From Leucoraja erinacea (taxonomy: Eukaryota), in NCBI RefSeq assembly GCF_028641065.1, contig NC_073390.1:43214001-43278000 (forward strand): a stretch of 64,000 bases of DNA, in the 5' to 3' direction. This document shows, piece by piece, positions 23,871 through 36,810 of the stretch (its first letter is position 1; each line of letters begins with the position of its first letter). The notes under the pieces are model-generated. The model had not been told where the DNA came from. It ran no database searches and saw only the letters and a list, made by a program, of their open reading frames with translations. Position numbers and translations under genes: made by a program.

Positions 23871-26490
23871 GAAAACATAGAAACATAGAAATAGAGAAAA
23901 TAGGTGCAGGAGAAAGCCATTCGGCCCTTCGAGCCAGCACCGCCATTCATTGTGATCATGGCTGATCGTCCCCAATCAATAACCCTTGCCTGCCTTCTCC
24001 CAATATCCCTTGATTCCACTAGCCCCTAGAGCTCTATCAAACTCTCTCGTAAATCCATCCAGTGATTTGGCCTCCACTGCCCTCTGTGGCAGGGAATACC
24101 ACAAATTCACAACTCTCTGGGTGAAAAAGTTTTTTCTTACCTCAGTCTTAAATGGCCTCCCCTTTATTCTAAGACTGTGTGTGGCCCCTGGTTCTGGACT
24201 CGCCCAACATTGGGAACATTTTTCCTGCATCTAGAATTGTCCAGTCCTTTTATAATTGTATATGTTTCTATAAGATCCCCCTCATCCTTCTAAACTCCAG
24301 TGAAGACAAGCCTAGTCTTTTCAATCTTTCCTCATATGACAGTCCCGCCATCCCAGTGATCAATCTCGTGAACCTACGCTGCACTGCCTCAATCACAAGG
24401 ATGTACTTCCTCAAATTAGGAGACCAAAACTGTACACAATACTCTAGATGTGGTCTTACCAGAGCCCTATGTGTGTTTATTGTTGTTTTATTGTATTGTA
24501 TTATATGTATGACTGCTGCAATTTCGTTCAGACTAAGTCTGAATGACAATAAAAGGCTATCTATCTATCTATCTATACAACTGAAGAAGAACCTCTTTAC
24601 TCCTATACTGAAATGCTCTTGTTATGAAGGCCAACATTCCATTAGCTTTCTTCACTGCCTGCTGTACCTGCACGCCAACCTTCAGTGACCGGTCTACAAG
24701 GACACCCAGATCTCGTTGCACCTCCCCCTTACCTAATCTAACCCCATTGAGATAATAATCGCCCCCTTGTTTTTGCCGCCAAAGTGGATAACCTCACATT
24801 TATCTATATTATACTGCATCTGCCACGCATCTGCCCACTCACTCAACCTGTCCAGGTCACCCTGCAACCCCCTAACATCCTCTTCACAGTTCACGCTGCC
24901 ACCCAGCTTTGTGTCATCCACCAACTTGCTGGTGTTGCTCCTAATTCCCTCTTCCAAATCATTAATATATATATGGTAAACAGTTGCGGCCCCAGCACCG
25001 AGCCTTGCGGCACTCCACTCGCCACTGCCTGTCATTCTGAAAAGGACCCGTTCACTCCTACTCTTTGCTTCCTGTCTGCCAACCAATTTTCTATCCATGT
25101 CAACACCCTACCCCCAATACCATGTGCTCTAATTTTAGTCTCCAGTCTCCTGTGCGGGACCTTCTCAAAGGCTTTCTGAAAGTCCAGATACACTACAACC
25201 ACTGTCTCCCCTTCATCCATTTTACTTGTCACATCCTCAAAAAATCCCAGAAGATTGGTCAAGCATGATTTCCCTTTCATAAATCCATGTTGACTTGGAC
25301 TAATCATTTTACTGCTATCCAAATGCCCCATTATTACCTCTTTAATAATTGACTCCAACATCTTTCCCACCACTGGTCAGGCTAACTGGTCTGTAATTCC
25401 CTGTTTTCTCTCTCGCTCCTTTCTTGAAAGGTGGGATAACATTAGCTATCCTCCAATCCACAGGAACTGATCCTGAATCTATTGAACATTGGAAAATGAT
25501 CACCAATGTGTCCCTAGAGCCACCTCCCTGAGGACCCTGGGATGCAGATCATCAGGCCCAGGGGATTTATCATCCTTCAGTCCCATTAGCCTACCCTATA
25601 CTATTTCTCACCTAATGAAAATGTATTTCAGTTCCTCTACACCCTTAGATCAGAGGATGTTGTAGTCCTCCAGTACATCTGGGAGATTGTTTGTGTCTTC
25701 CTTAGTGAAGACAGATCCGAAGTACCTGTTCAACTCTTCTGCCATTTCCTTGTTACCCATAATCATTTCACCCGTGTCTGCCTTCAAGGGACCCACATTT
25801 GACTTTGCTACTCTTTTTCCCTTAACATATCTAAAGAAGCTTTTACTGTCCTTCTTTATATTCCTGGCCAGCTTCCCTTCGTACTTCATCTTTTTAGCCC
25901 ATATTGTCAGTTTTGTTTCCTTCTGTTGTCCTATGAAAGTTTCCCGATCCTCTGGGTTCCGGCTACTCTTTGCTGTGTTATTAGAAAACTTTTCTTTTCG
26001 TTTTATTCTATCACTAACTTTTCTTGTCAGCCACGGTTGCCACCTACTCCCCTTAGATTCTTTCTTCCTTTTTGGAATGAAATGATCCTGCGTCTTCCGG
26101 ATTATGCCCAGAAATTCCTGCCATTGCTGTTCCACCGTCATTCCTGCTAGTATCCCTTTCCAGTCTACCTTGGGCAGCTTCTCTCTCATGCCTTCATAGT
26201 CCCCTTTGTTCAACTGCATCACTGACACTTCCGATTTAACCTTCTCCTTCTCAAATTGCAGATTAAAACTAATCATATTATGACCACTACCTCCAAGCGG
26301 TTCCTTTATCTCGAGTTCTCTTATCAAATTTGGTTCATTGGACAACACTAGTATTGCCTTTTCTCTGGTCGGCTCCATTACAAGCTGCTCTTAGAATCCA
26401 TCTCGGAGGCACTCTACAAACTCTCTTTCTTGAGGTCCTGAACCCACCTGATTTTCCCAGTCTACCTGCATATTGAAATCCCCCCAATAC
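23871..26490 (-). mobile_element. 5'-truncated, frameshifted CR1 LINE
   Basis: Successive ORF2 pieces ([33 protein letters not shown]) with a ctatgttt tail. Interrupted at ~24469-24575. Confidence 0.93.
24469..24575 (+). mobile_element. Short retroelement 3' tail with (CTAT)n, nested in CR1
   Basis: Non-CR1 insert ending gaatgacaataaaagg-(ctat)n. CR1 sequence resumes after it. Confidence 0.6.
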
Positions 26491-27374
26491 CACAGAAAAG
26501 ATCCTTGGAAGATAAAATAAAATAAATTTGAGGAAGTAGCGAACATTTTGCATCTACAGTGTCTCCAGAATACAGAATCTACTGGAACAGTAAATAAGAC
26601 AAGAATGATTTCTAATTGGATATGAATAAAGAGGAAGTAGTTTAAAGATTGTAGTCCTTGAGGGCGAAAAGGCACCTGATGGGATTGCATAAAAATTTGA
26701 TTTTTGTGGGAAGTATGGAATCTCCCGATCCAGGGACCATACTGTATCAACTGTCCTTGGATATGGAGGTGACATCAGAGGATCAAGTGGTATATTTTTG
26801 TTTGAAGAAAGCACAGAAATGTGACCATGCCAACTACGGGCCTATTAAGAGATCATCCGTTTTGTGGAAAACTTTGGGGCAATAATCCAGGACAATATTA
26901 AGTGTCGTTTACAAAGGTACGGGTTATAAATTAAAGTCTGCACAGATGTGTTCATGTAACAAAGAAGGATCAAAAGTTCAAAGGTATTTTATTGTCACAT
27001 GCACCAATTAAGGTACAGTGAAATGTGGTTAACCTGCATCTTCAAATGAAATTTGAAAACTAACGCAATAAGATTTTAACAAAATTATACCCCCAGGGTG
27101 TAAAGGTAATTAAGGATTGCAAAGCAGAGGTGAATGATTTTATTCCTCAGTAGAGGGAAGTATAAACAGTATTTCACTGAGCCGTGTTAGAATAAATGCT
27201 CTCCAGAGATTTTCTCCAGAGATGCTGCTTGACCCGTTGATTTACTTCAGCATTGTGTGTCTATCTTTAGAATAATTGCTATTCTTCATTAGCATCTTGC
27301 ACCTGTACTTCAAGTGCAAATTATACAACATTTAAAAATGTAACAAACGAATAAACTGGGTAATACATGGATAC

Positions 27375-27485
27375 GTGTAGGAAAGAACTGCAGATGCTGG
27401 TTTAAATCGAAGATAGACATAAATGCTGGAGTAACTCAGTGGGACAGGAATGGGTGACGTTTGGGGTCGAGACCCTTTTTCAGAC
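27375..27485 (-). mobile_element. Penelope-derived terminal repeat
   Basis: Reverse complement of consensus with an internal deletion. TSD tggatac at 27368-27374 and 27486-27492. Confidence 0.75.
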
Positions 27486-28197
27486 TGGATACATCGGATA
27501 AACTGATTTGAAATCTGATGCAGAGTGATATGTTTTGTGAGGAAACGCAATGTGTAGCAGCCTGCACAGTTCACGTAATTTTGAAGGGGGTCCAGGAACA
27601 GCGATGTCTGGTCCTGTGTGCAAGCAATCCCTACATTAAGCCAACTTGGGTCGTGGAAATTTGTCCATGTCAAAACTCCCAAAATTTGCTCTTGCAAAAT
27701 TTATGTGAAAAGGGTAAATACATAAACACAAAAAAAATTCCCGACTCCTATTTCTTGACATATGTGCAGATGATATTTATTTGCATTGGGGAAAATTGCG
27801 ATATGGAATGCAATGCCACCTTGTTGCGGGAGTTGCCTGTACACTAAAGAGTTAGTAAAGACAAACAAATCCTTTGCTTTGTAGACAGGAGTAGGCTAAA
27901 GAAAAGGAGGTATGATGACTCTTTATAAATCCAGATGTAAGGATTGAGCCAAAGTGCTGCACTGGGGAAAAAGTGGTTATTTCAGTAAAAGTAAATCACA
28001 TCAACAATAAGTAACATATCTGAATGAAATGAAAACATCATTGCTATCGTCTCTGGATTAGAAAGCAATATAACTAGACAGAGCATAGATACAGATAATA
28101 GTTAATCTTAGAAATACTGCATTTAATATCAACATTTATGAATGAACAATTTTTGGTAGCATTTGTAGTAGTATGGTAGTTCTTACCCTTGACTTAC

Positions 28198-28987
28198 CCT
28201 GTTTTTGCAAAGTTAGTCCAGTAGGTCATCACAACAGCACTGAGCATGACATCATTTTTGGAGAAATTACAAGGGAAAAGTTCAGTTGCACCAATCATTG
28301 GGACCCCAAAGACATAAGGAATTTCATCTCCGTGAGATGCATCAGCCCAAGCTGGCATCATGTCACTCTGGCAGTGATGATAAAAGGCATAGAAGAAAGT
28401 GGGTGAACCAAACCCTGAATGTAGGTCAGCTGTAGCCACTGCTGGTGCCACCCACTGATGGTCAGTAAACAAAGCCAGCAATGTTTTCCTCCGTGTTTCG
28501 GGATTATGCCGGTCCGCCCAATCTGTGTACATGAATTTGATGGTCTCCCTCAGGACATCCTTGCCTTCAGGATAACCATACAAGTTATCCACAAAATTAG
28601 ACACAGCAAAGTCGAAATCACTGGCTGAAACTCCATCCTCGTTGTCCACTATGCTTTCAACAAATTTATATCCCTCACCTTGATTTACTCCCAGCATGAT
28701 GTCATAATTAAGGAATTCCCCCTGTTCCATGAGAATCTGAGGATCATCTGGTATAACATCTCCGTCAATGACTGGTCCAAAGGCAATATGGTATCTTGCA
28801 GGTTGTATGTCTTGTTCAACAAGTTCCTTGTACTGTTTAGAACGTAAACATTCAATCAACTCAATGGTATCTATCATGTTGCAGCCAACTTTTGTGGCCA
28901 ACTGCCTTGCGAACTTTGCTGGCTGATAGCTGACTGCCCAGCTGGACAAAGCAGTACCACTTTGTGCTATTGCTCTCTGAAAAAGGC
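28198..28987 (-). CDS. NLGN1: Neuroligin-1 penultimate coding exon (790 bp, cholinesterase-like domain)
   Basis: Acceptor tccacag|GC at 28988/28987 and donor GG|gtaagt at 28198/28197. Reads [19 protein letters not shown]...[16 protein letters not shown]...[12 protein letters not shown]. Phases join with both flanking exons. Confidence 0.97.
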
Positions 28988-29109
28988 CTGTGGATAGATA
29001 TCACAAAAGGTACTAAGAAAGTCATCAAAGTTTATGATAACATTTAATTGTCACACTTTAATCAGAACTAGTGGTGGCACTTGATCATCAAAGTGGTTCA
29101 ATAGTATTG

Positions 29110-29338
29110 TTGAAACAAGGAACTGCAGATGCTTGTTTACACTCACAGGGACACAAGTGCTGGAGTAACTCAGCAGGTAAGGCGGCATCTCTGGAGAACA
29201 TGCAGAGGTGACGTTTCAGGTCAGACTGTCTGAATCAGTCTGAAGAAGATTTCCGTCCCGAAACGTCACCTATTCATGTTCTCCAGAGATGCTGCCTGAA
29301 CCGCTGAGTTACTCCAGCACTTTGTGTTCTTTGTGTAG
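29110..29338. mobile_element. Inverted pair of Penelope-derived terminal repeats
   Basis: Arms ~29150-29220 and ~29258-29326 are reverse complements. Flanks ttcaatagtatt / ttcaattgtatt resemble a TSD. Confidence 0.8.
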
Positions 29339-30235
29339 CTTCAATTGTATTTTTCCCTTTAAAACACAAAATTGCATAGTGATTTAATTAACTGCTCTTG
29401 AGAACACTCCAATTCACAGCACTTGAGGACACTAAAATTGAGATAAAATTGAGGTAAATCAGGAAAATTAAAGGATTTATAGTTATTTATACTTCACAAT
29501 ACTTTACACTTAATTTCACATTCAATTTTTGGATTATTTGGTGCATTCATTTAATGTTTGATGGTGACTATCAAATTTCCTGTCAGTTTTGGAATTGCTA
29601 ATCCCACCACAGTTGTAATGTCATAGCTAGGAATTGTTAAGCAAAAAGTTCCATATGCTACTACAATATATTTATGGTCACAGGTTATAATAGAATTCTG
29701 ACATTATCACACACATAAGCATTCTATTTTACCAGAGGACACAGCTTTGAATTATATCGTAACATATTTAAAATGCACAACATTTTTCATCCATGAATTC
29801 TGATGAGATTTTGTCACCTGTCTTTTCTCTTTGCAGGTGTTGAAGCATTTATCTCTTCATTCTTTTCTTACTTTATATTTTGGACAGCATATTAAGAATA
29901 GTAGCATATTAAGAATATGCTGTCCAATATAACAATGTTAAGAACATTATATTATGTATCAGCATATTAAGAACTAGCAAGATCTATAACCTACCACATT
30001 AACAAACCCATCATCACCTAATCCTTTGTCGTAAACAATGACAGAAGTGTTCTGTAAAATGTCATGATTATTTTCACTGTTTTAGTGCCTGTTACAAGAT
30101 TATTTAAAGCATTATAAATTATATACAGTAATAATAATTGTAAAGAGTACTTAACGTACTCATCGTTGTTCACCAGCTCCAACAACTGCTGAAAAGTATA
30201 TTATAGGAAAAAGGAAAAATTGTCTATAAAATAGA

Positions 30236-30841
30236 ATCATAGAGTCATAGAGTGATACAGTGTGGAAACAGGCCCTTCGGCCCAACTTGCCCACACTGGC
30301 CAACATGTCCCAGCTACACTAGTCCCACCTGTCTGCGCTTGGTCCATATCCCTCCAAACCTGTCCTTTCCATGTACCTGTCCACCTGTTTCTTAAACGTT
30401 GGGATAATCCCAGCCTCAACTACCTCCTCTGGCAGCTTGTTCCATACACCCACCACCCTTTGTATGAAAAAGTTACCCCTCAGATTCCTATTAAATCTTT
30501 TCCCCTTCACCTTGAACCTATGTCCTCTGGTCCTCGATTCCCCTACTCTAGGCAAGAGATTCTGTGCATCTATTCGATCTATTCCTCTCATGATTTTCTA
30601 CACCTCAAGAAGATCATCCCTCATCCTCCTGCGCTCCAAGGAATAGAGACCCAGCCTACTCAACCTCTCCCTATAACTCAGACCCTCTAGTCCTGGCAAC
30701 ATCCTCGTAAATCTTCTCTGAATCCTTTCAAGCTTGACAATATATTCTCTATAACATGGTGCCCAGAACTGAACACAATACTCTAAATGCAGTCTCACCA
30801 AAGTCTTACACAACTGCAACATAACCTCCCAACTTCTATAC
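30236..30841 (-). mobile_element. CR1 3' fragment (ctatgact-tailed subfamily)
   Basis: [15 protein letters not shown]...RRFTRMLPGL...GESRTRGHRFKV peptides. Confidence 0.9.
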
Positions 30842-32098
30842 CAAAGAAAATGTATTGGGGTATTATGCTTCAGAGTGAGCAATGGTAAAAAATAAAGAGT
30901 ATTTTACAGAGGAAACTGACCCTTCGGCCCAATGTGCCCACACTGACCAACATGTCTCATATACACTAGTCCCAAATAGGTTTTAAACTACAGGTATATG
31001 TTGACTACTCTTGAGTTTTAGCAAAACCTCAGGTTAAGGCAATTACTCAGTGCCAGTTTGCTGCAGAAGAGAAGCATTGCACATTTTTCAGCAAATAAGT
31101 GCACAGTATGGTTTTAAAAAATCTTCACAGGAGGATCCACCGAAACACCAATTAAAATGGATTTCTGAAAAACTAAATGAACTCTTTAACTCAAAATGTT
31201 TCAAGTGTAAAATATACTTGAGATTAGTTTTAAAACACAAAAATCCGTTGCACTTTAAAGAACATATTTCATTCATTAAGAATATGTTTAAACAAAGAGG
31301 AAACCAAGAGAATTATTTTGAACCTTGTAAGCCACCATCAAGTTAAACACATGAAAGAAGAAAACATTTCAGAAACGTTCTGTTTGACTTTGTCCATAAT
31401 AAATTATTTACATTTGCTAAACTACATAGTATCTCTAATATACACACATGATAAACATATTTCAATTGCTGAAAAACAATTAGCACTAAACTGCAATCTA
31501 CACATTAGGATAAAATGAAAAGCAGCTTCAGATCTTTTGACTCAACTTTTGCATTGTGTGACAATGGTTCTGTGCATCTGCATGACAGATGATAACTGAA
31601 GAAAGATGAAGTATTCAAAACTTAAAATACACAAATTGATTAGGACATCGATGGACTCCCTTTACAATGGTTTAAGGTGGGGTTCAATTCATAAAATAGC
31701 TTTCAATAAGTCAACAAAAATGTGATCATCAAACATTTTATCTGATCATTTTTGCAGCACTTTCAGCACTGTGCAGGAAGATTGTTGAAATAGACAGCAA
31801 GGATTTTGAGACAGGAGACTCCTTTCAAATGTTCCCATATATTTTGAAACATGTAAGCCTCAGCACAACAGGCTTGTGCCTTGCCTCTTTTGATATGGTG
31901 TATTCCATAGATAGTAAAATATGAAAAAGCAAGGAGTAAATTTGCCAGGTAATTATTGGTGAAAGCCACAAATTTGCATTTGCGTGACTCTTTCAGGAGA
32001 TTGTCTCCTAATTAAGTTTGTTGTTCAAATTTAAAATGTAAAGAAATCGCACAACATTAATGACAGTGAACAAACAGAACTGATTGGCAGGCAATGAG

Positions 32099-32824
32099 CA
32101 TGCAAAAGAGTGAGAGATGTATGTGGAGCAAGATGCAGAATAGAAATCTTATGAATGAATGGATGACCAGGTTGACTAGCTTCTACCTCAGAACTAATCT
32201 TCTCTTGTAGTGGTAGGCTAATGGGGTAAACAGATACTCACGCACATAAACATCTGCTTGTGACCTCGATGCTTTGACAATTTTGGATCATGCATGCAAA
32301 ACATTCAAACATTTTTCAAATGACAGCAAGCGGCTCATGCATTCTCAAACAAAAGATTTCTGAACCAGGCACTGAAATTTTTTTTCCTTCATTTTATTTG
32401 AAATTCTACAATCCAATAACATCACTGATGGAAGAATGAAAGTAGAGAGTGGAGTGGCATGACAAAAGGACTTTAATATATCTGCCATCATTAGTAATAT
32501 CATTGGCAGCATATATTTCAAGAGTGGGTTTATTTTGACAAACAACCACTTTATAAGAAGGGGAAATAACCAAAAGCATCAGCTACTTTGATGTGCTGGT
32601 GTGCTGTTCAGAAGTCCACTGGAAAATTTATTTTGCTGTTATTTATTAAGATCAATAGGCTAGAGAAAATGTGTCACTCAAAATGTGAGCATGCACATAA
32701 GAATTGACTCAGAATAAAAAAACATCTAATACAGCCAAAAAGATTGCTCTTTTCTGAGTTTCGGTCAACAATCATATATAAATATATACAGAGTGTCACA
32801 GGATACTAATGGCGGTGGCATGCA
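32099..32824 (-). promoter_or_regulatory. Cluster of six TGCATG (RBFOX-binding) motifs downstream of the splice-site-B donors
   Basis: catgca on + at 32099, 32289, 32293, 32336, 32690 and 32819. Confidence 0.6.
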
Positions 32825-32862
32825 GACACCAAAATTGTCAAAATTTTCAACCTGCTTAATAC

Positions 32863-33075
32863 CTTTGGTTGAATTGCTCCAACGGTTACCTTCAGAATAA
32901 TGGGACAAAGTCAACAAATTGACGCAAGAGCCACCAGCACCAGATCCAAAAACAGTTATTCTTAATGGATCGCCGCTGAAGAAAGCTATATTTTCACTAA
33001 TCCATCGTAAAGCTTGTATTTGATCAAGAAGCCCATAGTTTCCTTTCGCGGCTTGGTCCCCAGTGCTCAGGAATC
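32863..33075 (-). CDS. NLGN1: Neuroligin-1 exon containing splice site B (213 bp +B form; 186 bp -B form ends at 32890)
   Basis: Acceptor gccacag|GA at 33076/33075. Reads [25 protein letters not shown]...[30 protein letters not shown](G). Two donors 27 nt apart: G|gtaacc (32890) and G|gtatta (32863). Confidence 0.96.
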
Positions 33076-33159
33076 CTGTGGCAACAAAGCAGAAGCAGGG
33101 AAATTTAGGAGAAAACGTGAAAATTTTTAAAGTCAACACAGTGAATATTTGTCCGAAAA

Positions 33160-33630
33160 AGGGCACAAAGTGCTGGAGTAACTCAGCAGGTCAGGCAACA
33201 TCCCTGGAGAACACTTGGTGATGCTTTGGGTCGCGTCCCTTCTTCAGATTGATAGGGCCTCAACCCAAAAAAGGTCCCGACACAAAACATCACCTATCAA
33301 TGTCCTCTGGAGATGCTGCCTAATGCCCCTGTCCAACTTAGGAAACCTGAACGGAAACCTCTGGAGACTTTGCGCCACACCCAAGGTCTCCGTGCGGTTC
33401 CCGGAGGTTGCAGGTGGTCGCCGGAAGTTGCAGGTAACGGAAGCAGGTAGGGAGACTGACAAAAACCACCGGGAACCTCCGGGAACCGTACGGAAACCTT
33501 GGGTGGGGGACAAAGTCTCCAGAGGTTTCCGTTCAGGTTTTCTAAATGGGACAGGGGCATAACCCTCTGAGTTACTCCAGCACTTTGTGTCTTTTTTTGT
33601 CAACCAGCATCTGCAGTTCCTTGTTTCTCA
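33160..33630. mobile_element. Inverted pair of Penelope-derived terminal repeats with a nested MITE
   Basis: Minus copy 33160-33250. Plus copy ~33270-33630, split at gctgcc-taa by the MITE. Confidence 0.8.
33324..33559. mobile_element. PIF/Harbinger-type MITE (236 bp)
   Basis: About 85-bp terminal inverted repeats (tgcccctgtcc...ggacaggggca). TAA TSD at 33321-33323 and 33560-33562. Confidence 0.85.
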
Positions 33631-34869
33631 AGCATTTGTCAGACATATTTTAAGGATTGTATTATGTTGCTTTCAATAGTCTCATCCAAAGTTTTAGATG
33701 TTTCATCAATGCAGAAATGAAGAAATGAATAAACAAAGTGCTCCAAATCTAGTCGCTTTCTCATCAGGAAAACATTCCTCCTGTAATAAATAACTTTATT
33801 TTCTAGCATGAACTTATTTTCTAGTACCCAAAAAGCTCTACTCAGATCAGCATTCTGTGGAGGATAATGGTTTCTCCTGTTTATGCTCAGCTTTAATTGT
33901 TACAATTGTTCACACTGCATTCCTGTGTTCAATTTCCACTACAACAAATGATTATCATTTGCCAAAAGAGGAATTATCGATTTGCTTTTTTTCCCTTATC
34001 ATACAAAGCGGGGCATGTCCAATACCTCGAATGGTACAAAGCAAACAACCACTATCATAAAGCATTGGCAAAACTGTATAGCACTGACGCATTCACTTTC
34101 AACAGAAATAAAATGGGGGTGCTTTCATTCTGATTGAGTATATCAATTTGATGATTTCTATTATTTTGAATGTTTGAGAAGCAAAGTATTAAGTGGACAA
34201 ACATCATTGTTTTCTTGGATCAATAACATGCAGTTGAGATTGATTTACAAAATACTATGGAACATGCTCATTGTCAATTGTTAGTCCATCTTACATTGCA
34301 CCAAAATTATATTTCCATTAACTTCAATGCAACAAGAAAATAGCATTCAGTGTAATGTAGGCAGACAATTTCTCTGAGCCTGTTTTTAACAAGGGAAATA
34401 AGTGAAATTGTCCATTTTAGAGATAACATTAAAAAAGCATAGCTTCTAAATGATAAGAGAGCCCATTTGTTAAGTCATCAGTTGCCAAGGTCATTTAGAT
34501 AAGGACATCATTGAAGCAGGTTTTGGGTGAAGTTGTCAAGAATGTAGATTGGGATACTTGGGGAATACAGACTGAGATGTTCTGGCCCTGCCAAAAGTCT
34601 GAATGAAGCATAAAAGCATCTGGGATGCTGAATTTCAACTCGGACTGAACCTGAAGCTCAAACCATACCACATTGAAGAGGTGCCCAACACTTGGACACT
34701 ATAATATTCCAGGCTCTGAAGGAGGCAATGCAATCGTGTGATGGGGTGGAAGTTTGCTTGAGTCACAGCCAACTCCGTCTCAATGCAGGTGTGCTATCCA
34801 CATTGGACCACAGTAATAGTTCAGGGTTATCCGTGGGCTTGGCAAGCTCTCTACATCCTGAGTGAAGTC

Positions 34870-35335
34870 AAACCACAAGGAATTGCAGCAAATTGTCGAC
34901 GCAGCCCAGACCATCACACAAACCAACCTCCCTTCTATTGACTCCATTTATACCTCACGCTGCCTCGGCAAGGCCAACAGCATAATCAAGGACGAGTCAC
35001 ACCCTGGCCACTACCTCTTCTCCCCTCTCCCATCAGGCAAAAGGGTATAGAAGTGTGAAAACGCACACCACCAGATTTGGGGACAGTTTCTTCGCAGCTG
35101 TTATCAGACAACTGAATAATCCTACCACAACCAGGGAGCAGTGCTGAACTATCCTAGATCGGACTTTGCTGGGTTTACTATGCACTAAACGTTATTCCCT
35201 TATCATGTATCTGTACACTGTAAATGGCTCGATTGTAATCGTGTGTCGTCTTTTTGCTGACTGGTTAGCACGCAACAAAAGCTTTTCACTGTACTTTGGT
35301 ACACCTGACAATAAAATAAACTGAAACTGAAACTA
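34870..35335 (+). mobile_element. Rex1/Babar-like LINE 3' fragment
   Basis: Homologous to 400-860; ends aataaa-(actgaa)n. A shorter copy lies at ~13775-13922. Confidence 0.75.
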
Positions 35336-36439
35336 TTCAGAGTGGATATCGTTATACACATAGAAGCATATATGCAATCTTGGCAACTGTATATGCCTGT
35401 TGATTTTTATTCAAGCAGAAGATGAATTCTCTGATTAGAGAAGCCTCTGTTGTGCCATGAGTGTAGCGATGTGATGCAAACATTGAAATGTGGTGTATAT
35501 CAGTAGTTTCCTAGGGTGATTCAGAGTTTCCGCTGACTGAAACAATCTTAGTTTCCAGATTTCTTTGGCTGGCTGGAGGTAGCAACATGGTTCCTGATAA
35601 CTTACAGCCAGAATTCATTTATTGCTCTTTCTTCAAACATTTTTGAAAATACCTTCATACATCTCCTCCTGTATTAGGTTATGCTGGAAACCTGAAGGGC
35701 CAGTGTTAATTTTTAGCAACAAAATGAGGCAACCTTGTACTTATTGACTCTTACATGGTAGATGAATTTGACCTTTCTGCCCATGGATTTAAGGGAGTTC
35801 AGCTCCAACCTAAATACTAATAAATAGTGCAGATGCTGGGCATATGTTGGGCAGATGCCATGCAGTTTTGGTCTCCAAATTTGTAGAAGGACATTCTTGC
35901 TATTGAGGGAGTGCAGCGTAGGTTCGCAGAAAATTAATCTGCATTAGAGCATTGTATGAGGATGGACAACTCACACGGGCATTCTTTGTTCTCTCTCAGC
36001 ATGGAAGCTATTTTGCATAATATACTACATCTGCCATTAGTCCTCAATTGTGCATTGTGATCAGTTTTCCATTAAAAATCAATTAGAAAGCATTAAAATA
36101 ACATAAGCTAACCTAGACTGTATACAGGGTGAAGTAATCTTAAAATCATAATGGTTTAGGTTCGGGAAATTTGCGCATAGACAACATTGGCTGAATTGTG
36201 GCTAATGGTCTTCTGCCACCTACAATCACTGTCTGTGATCTACCCATTGCTACACACCTCCCCTGTGCCAGATGGGGGAGGCCTATGTTGCCGGCTTTCA
36301 ACACCCTGGAGCCCAGTAAGGAAGCCTGAAAGATGTCAGGGCTCAGGCAGCACAGTGCACAGCTCCCAATACTGGAACATACCCGATGTCAAGTCATCCA
36401 ACCTGGGGGTTGAACCTTGCCAGCTGTATTGATTCCATA

Positions 36440-36721
36440 AGAAAGGACACAAAATGCTGGAGTATCTGAGTATGTCAGGCAACATCTCTGGAGGACATGG
36501 ATAAGTGACGTCTTGGGTCGAGATCCTACTTCAGACTGATTGTGGTGGGACGTGCGACAGGTGAGAGGAGGCAGGACAAAGCCTGACAAGTGACAGGTGG
36601 ACACAGGTGAGAGGGGTTCTTGATAGGCAGATGGTTAGACAAAGGCCAGAGATGGTGTGAGCTAAGGATTGAAGAGTTGCGAGTTGTGAAGCTAGAGGAA
36701 GGAATGTAGGTGGAAGGGGAT

Positions 36722-36768
<47 letters not shown>

Positions 36769-36810
36769 AGAAATATGTGCGAGTCCAGTTGGGGCACAAG
36801 GGAGAAAGAG
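36440..36810 (-). mobile_element. Long Penelope-derived terminal repeat including a poly-G tract
   Basis: Reverse complement of the unit seen at 5205-5530. Confidence 0.75.

Noticed and set aside
32765-33075. Active carboxylesterase/cholinesterase
   Set aside because: The nucleophile elbow is GSGAG, with no catalytic Ser, and the downstream exons are neuroligin-specific.
33215-33603. Bidirectional ORFs with mirrored peptides
   Set aside because: A consequence of the palindromic MITE.
36722-36767. Poly-G runs as functional G-quadruplexes (also ~39952-39970 and ~7183-7194)
   Set aside because: They lie inside repeats at normally short G/C runs, and homopolymer lengths may be assembly errors.
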